Assembly (NCBI GenBank): GCA_963662625.1
Contig: OY759726.1
Span: 1,536,001 to 1,600,000, forward strand
Direction of reading: 5' to 3'
Length of the DNA: 64,000 nucleotides
Source: Nitrosopumilus sp.
GTDB lineage: Archaea > Thermoproteota > Nitrososphaeria > Nitrososphaerales > Nitrosopumilaceae
The notes under the pieces are model-generated. The model saw nothing but the letters and a program-made list of their open reading frames with translations, was not told the DNA's origin and searched no databases. Shown here piece after piece: positions 61,141 through 64,000 of this stretch (its first letter is position 1; each line of letters begins with the position of its first letter). Position numbers and translations under genes: made by a program.

Positions 61141-61950
61141 ATGGAGCTGAGGATCGGGTGCACGGGGTGGGGGTACCCTGAGTGGGGCGGGACGTTCTAC
61201 CCGAGGACCGTGAGGCGGGGGGACTGGCTCAGGCACTACTCCTCCGTCTTCGACTCCACGGAGGTGAACTCCAGCTTTTACCGCGCCGTCCCGAGGCGCG
61301 TGGCAGGCAAGTGGAACGCCGAGACGCCGGACGGCTTTGGCTTCTCGCTGAAGTTCCCGAGGGCGATCACGCACGACCGCAGGCTGGACTACGGGGGATC
61401 GAGGGACGATCTGGCGGAGTTCTTCTCCGGCCTGGAGCCGCTGAGGGAGAAGGTGCGGGTCCTTGTGATGCAGCTGCCGCCGTCGCTGGGGTTCGGGGAG
61501 GCAAGGCCCAGGCTGGAGGAGCTGTCGGGGCACCTGCCGCACTACTGCAGGTTCGCGGTGGAGGGGAGGCACGACAGCTGGTTCTCCCCCGAGGCGCTGG
61601 ACTTCCTGGAGGGGCGCGGGCTGTGCCTCGTGTGGAACGAGGTCCCGATGGTCGAGAACCCCGCGCCGGTAACCACGGACTTTGTGTACGCGAGGCTGAT
61701 CGGGGACAGGGGCCTCCCGCGGGACGCCTACGGCTGCAGGGTGCGGGACGCGACCGGGGCGCTGGAAAAATGGAGGGACAGGCTGCTGGGGATCGGGGGA
61801 GCCCCCGGGATCGGGTTCTCGTGGGTGATGGTCAACAACCACCTGGAGGGCTTTGCCCCCGGCACAGCCAACGCGCTGAGGTCGATGCTCGGGATGGGGG
61901 AGCTGGAGTTCTCCGACAGGAGGCAGGGGTCCGTCCTGGGCTTCGGGTGA
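61141..61950 (+). CDS. DUF72 family protein
   Basis: IGCTGW.Y..W...FYP, EVNSSFY, K.PRAITH, QLPPS, E.RH.SW, NNH. Confidence 0.93.
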   Translation: MELRIGCTGWGYPEWGGTFYPRTVRRGDWLRHYSSVFDSTEVNSSFYRAVPRRVAGKWNAETPDGFGFSLKFPRAITHDRRLDYGGSRDDLAEFFSGLEPLREKVRVLVMQLPPSLGFGEARPRLEELSGHLPHYCRFAVEGRHDSWFSPEALDFLEGRGLCLVWNEVPMVENPAPVTTDFVYARLIGDRGLPRDAYGCRVRDATGALEKWRDRLLGIGGAPGIGFSWVMVNNHLEGFAPGTANALRSMLGMGELEFSDRRQGSVLGFG

Positions 61951-62088
61951 GGGCGCTGCCGGAAAGGGCCATGATCTGAGATCGCCTTCGCGGCATCCGC
62001 GGAGACCGGGCGCCTACGCGGCCAAGATCCCGAACGGCGCGCCCGGCCGGGCGCGCGCGCCGCGCCGCCGCAGATGCTTGCAGTTATA

Positions 62089-62928
62089 ATGGCCAGGCGG
62101 CCTAGGAAAAGGGCGGCAGCGGCCATGGCAAACGTGATCATCCAACGGGCATATGAAATCCTTGAAGGAACCTCCAGTGACAAGTTCGCCAAGGCCTTCC
62201 AGGCATTCATGGTCGCGCTGATCTCCGCGAACGTCCTCGCGGTCATAATAGAGACGGAGGTGTCCGTGCTGGAAGAGTACGGCTACCTGTTCATGCCGTT
62301 CGAGGTCTTCTCCATATCCGTCTTCACCGTGGAGTACGCCGCGAGGCTGGCGCTCTGCAAGATGGACCCGAGGTACCGGGACGCCAGGCACGCGAGGCTG
62401 CGGTTCGCCTTCACCCCGCTGATGCTGGTCGACCTGGCCGCGATACTGCCGTTCTTCGTGCCGTTCGTGGTGGCGGATCTCAGGTTCATACGGATAATCA
62501 GGCTGCTGAGGCTGTTCCGGATATTCAAGCTTGCCAGGTACTCCAAGCCCATGCAGACCATGGGGGACGTGTTCAGGGCAAAGTCGGGCGACCTGGCAGT
62601 CGCGTTCTTCATCCTCTTCATAGTCCTGATCTTCGCGTCGAGCCTGATGTACCACGCCGAGCACAAGGCGCAGCCCGAGGTGTTCTCCAGCATCCCAGAC
62701 TCCATGTGGTGGGGCGTCATCACGCTTACCACGATAGGGTACGGGGACACCTACCCGGTGACGGTCTTCGGGAAGGTGATAGCCGCGGTGGTCTCGATAC
62801 TCGGGATAGCCGTGTATGCCGTCCCGACGGGCATCATGGCCTCGGCGTTTACCGAGGAACTGAGGAAGAAAAAGGCCGGAAAAGCTGGCAGGTGCCCCCA
62901 CTGCGGCAAGGACATAGAGGGTCCCTGA
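62089..62928 (+). CDS. Voltage-gated potassium channel (6TM)
   Basis: S4 LRFIRIIRLLRLFRIFKLAR, filter TTIGYGD, C-terminal CPHCG; start uncertain. Confidence 0.93.
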   Translation: MARRPRKRAAAAMANVIIQRAYEILEGTSSDKFAKAFQAFMVALISANVLAVIIETEVSVLEEYGYLFMPFEVFSISVFTVEYAARLALCKMDPRYRDARHARLRFAFTPLMLVDLAAILPFFVPFVVADLRFIRIIRLLRLFRIFKLARYSKPMQTMGDVFRAKSGDLAVAFFILFIVLIFASSLMYHAEHKAQPEVFSSIPDSMWWGVITLTTIGYGDTYPVTVFGKVIAAVVSILGIAVYAVPTGIMASAFTEELRKKKAGKAGRCPHCGKDIEGP

Positions 62929-63117
62929 CTGCGGAAGCCGGCGCGCCGGCACGTGCGGGCCGCCGGGGCGCGGGCGCGCGGCCCGGCTGATCTAACATTA
63001 AATATGCTCTGCGCCCACCACGATCCAGTCAAAATGACGCGCAGCGACGATCGCCAGAGGATCCGCCCCCGAGGCGGCCCGTGCCAGGGTGGCCGCGGGG
63101 CGCGCGTGCAGCGGGTA

Positions 63118-64000
63118 ATGCACCCGCGCCTCCTCGCGGCCCTGGTGGCCGCCGCGCTGGCCGCATCGTGCGCGGCGCCCGCCGCGTACGCCGACGGCCA
63201 GCCCATCGTGTCGCTGGAATACACGGTGGAGATCGACGGGACGGCCATAAGCGACCTCGCGGACACGAGCTTCGGCCTCTCGGCCGACGTCATCGGGGAC
63301 CTTGACGGCAACGGGGTACCAGACATCGCGGTGGGCGCGCCGAGCGTCCACGGCAGCGCCGGTACCGGCAACCTGTACGTCCTCCTGATGGATCCGGGCG
63401 CCTCCATAAAGAGCACCGTCCAGATCAACGGGGACACGCCAAACGTGCCCGACATGAGGGAGGGGGCCCGCTTTGGCAGCTCCGTGGCGGCGCTGGGAGA
63501 CCTCGACGGCGACGGCGTGCCGGACGTCGCGGTCGGCGCGCCCGACCAGCTGCTGGGCAGCGTGGGCACCGGCGACGTGTACGTGATCTTCCTCAACCCC
63601 GACGCGACCGTAAAGCGCACCGCCGTGATCACGGGCGGCACCCCCAACGGCCCACACCTCGCGGTGGGGGACAACTTTGGCGCGTCTGCCGCCGGCATCG
63701 GCGACGTCGACGGCGACGGCAACGCCGACCTCGCAGTCGGCGCCCCGGGCAGCTACTACTTCAGCCTGGTGCCCGGCGACGTCCACGTCATCTTCCTCAA
63801 CCCGGACGGCACCGTGAAGGGGTCGGCCGAGATCACGGGAGGCGCCCCCAACGGCCCGGCGGTGGGGGCCGGCGCCAACCTCGGCGCCTCGCTGGCCGCC
63901 ACGGGCGACCTAGACGGCGACGGCGTCCCCGACATGGCAGTCGGGGCCCCGCGCAACCTGGGCAACACCACCAGCACGGGCAGCGTCCACGTCATGTTCA
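63118..64000 (+). CDS. Secreted FG-GAP/integrin-alpha beta-propeller repeat protein (runs off the window)
   Basis: Signal peptide MHPRLLAALVAAALAASCAAPAAYA, then at least four FG..S...GDLDGDGVPD.AVGAP repeats; absent from the ORF track. Confidence 0.9.
   Translation, partial: MHPRLLAALVAAALAASCAAPAAYADGQPIVSLEYTVEIDGTAISDLADTSFGLSADVIGDLDGNGVPDIAVGAPSVHGSAGTGNLYVLLMDPGASIKSTVQINGDTPNVPDMREGARFGSSVAALGDLDGDGVPDVAVGAPDQLLGSVGTGDVYVIFLNPDATVKRTAVITGGTPNGPHLAVGDNFGASAAGIGDVDGDGNADLAVGAPGSYYFSLVPGDVHVIFLNPDGTVKGSAEITGGAPNGPAVGAGANLGASLAATGDLDGDGVPDMAVGAPRNLGNTTSTGSVHVMF

Noticed and set aside
124-63995. Many long antisense or alternate-frame ORFs rich in R/G/P/A (e.g. 10185-12500, 13248-15464 N-part, 16603-18780, 50129-52426 N-part)
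   Set aside because: Shadow ORFs caused by stop-codon scarcity at high GC; they overlap well-supported genes

Overview
High-GC chromosomal window from an ammonia-oxidising archaeon (Nitrososphaerota/Thaumarchaeota, Nitrosopumilaceae-like). The assignment rests on CdvA, stand-alone EF-2, fused ThyX, CofE, Thi4 and typical Nitrosopumilus-type hypotheticals. The very high GC and an integrin-like FG-GAP protein suggest a host-associated (e.g. sponge) lineage, which is inference. Core genes: egtD/egtB, proS, serB, cofE, trxB, thi4, sulfite reductase plus rhodanese, a collagen-like protein, DRG GTPase, argS, fusA, trmI, nnrD, psmB, hom, msrB, thyX, cdvA, acs, fen and tRNA-Ser(CGA). Interspersed lower-GC defence-like islets carry Mrr, a RelE-like pair, an AAA_14 pseudogene, an ABC-ATPase + TOPRIM-like pair, and a wHTH + Zn/PD-(D/E)XK nuclease pair split by an IS630. 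There are many IS relics (IS630, three ISH3, IS110, IS481-like and a GTACA-ended family). The most striking signal is that the dead elements and pseudogenes decay almost only by A>G/T>C transitions (W>R, L>P, Y>H/C, D/E>G, M>T) while frames often stay open, which points to a strongly directional mutational process. Other highlights are an unannotated 43-aa Cys/His metallothionein-like protein, a formate/nitrite channel with extra helices, and several unexplained repeats. Family assignments come from motif recognition only; no database searches were run.
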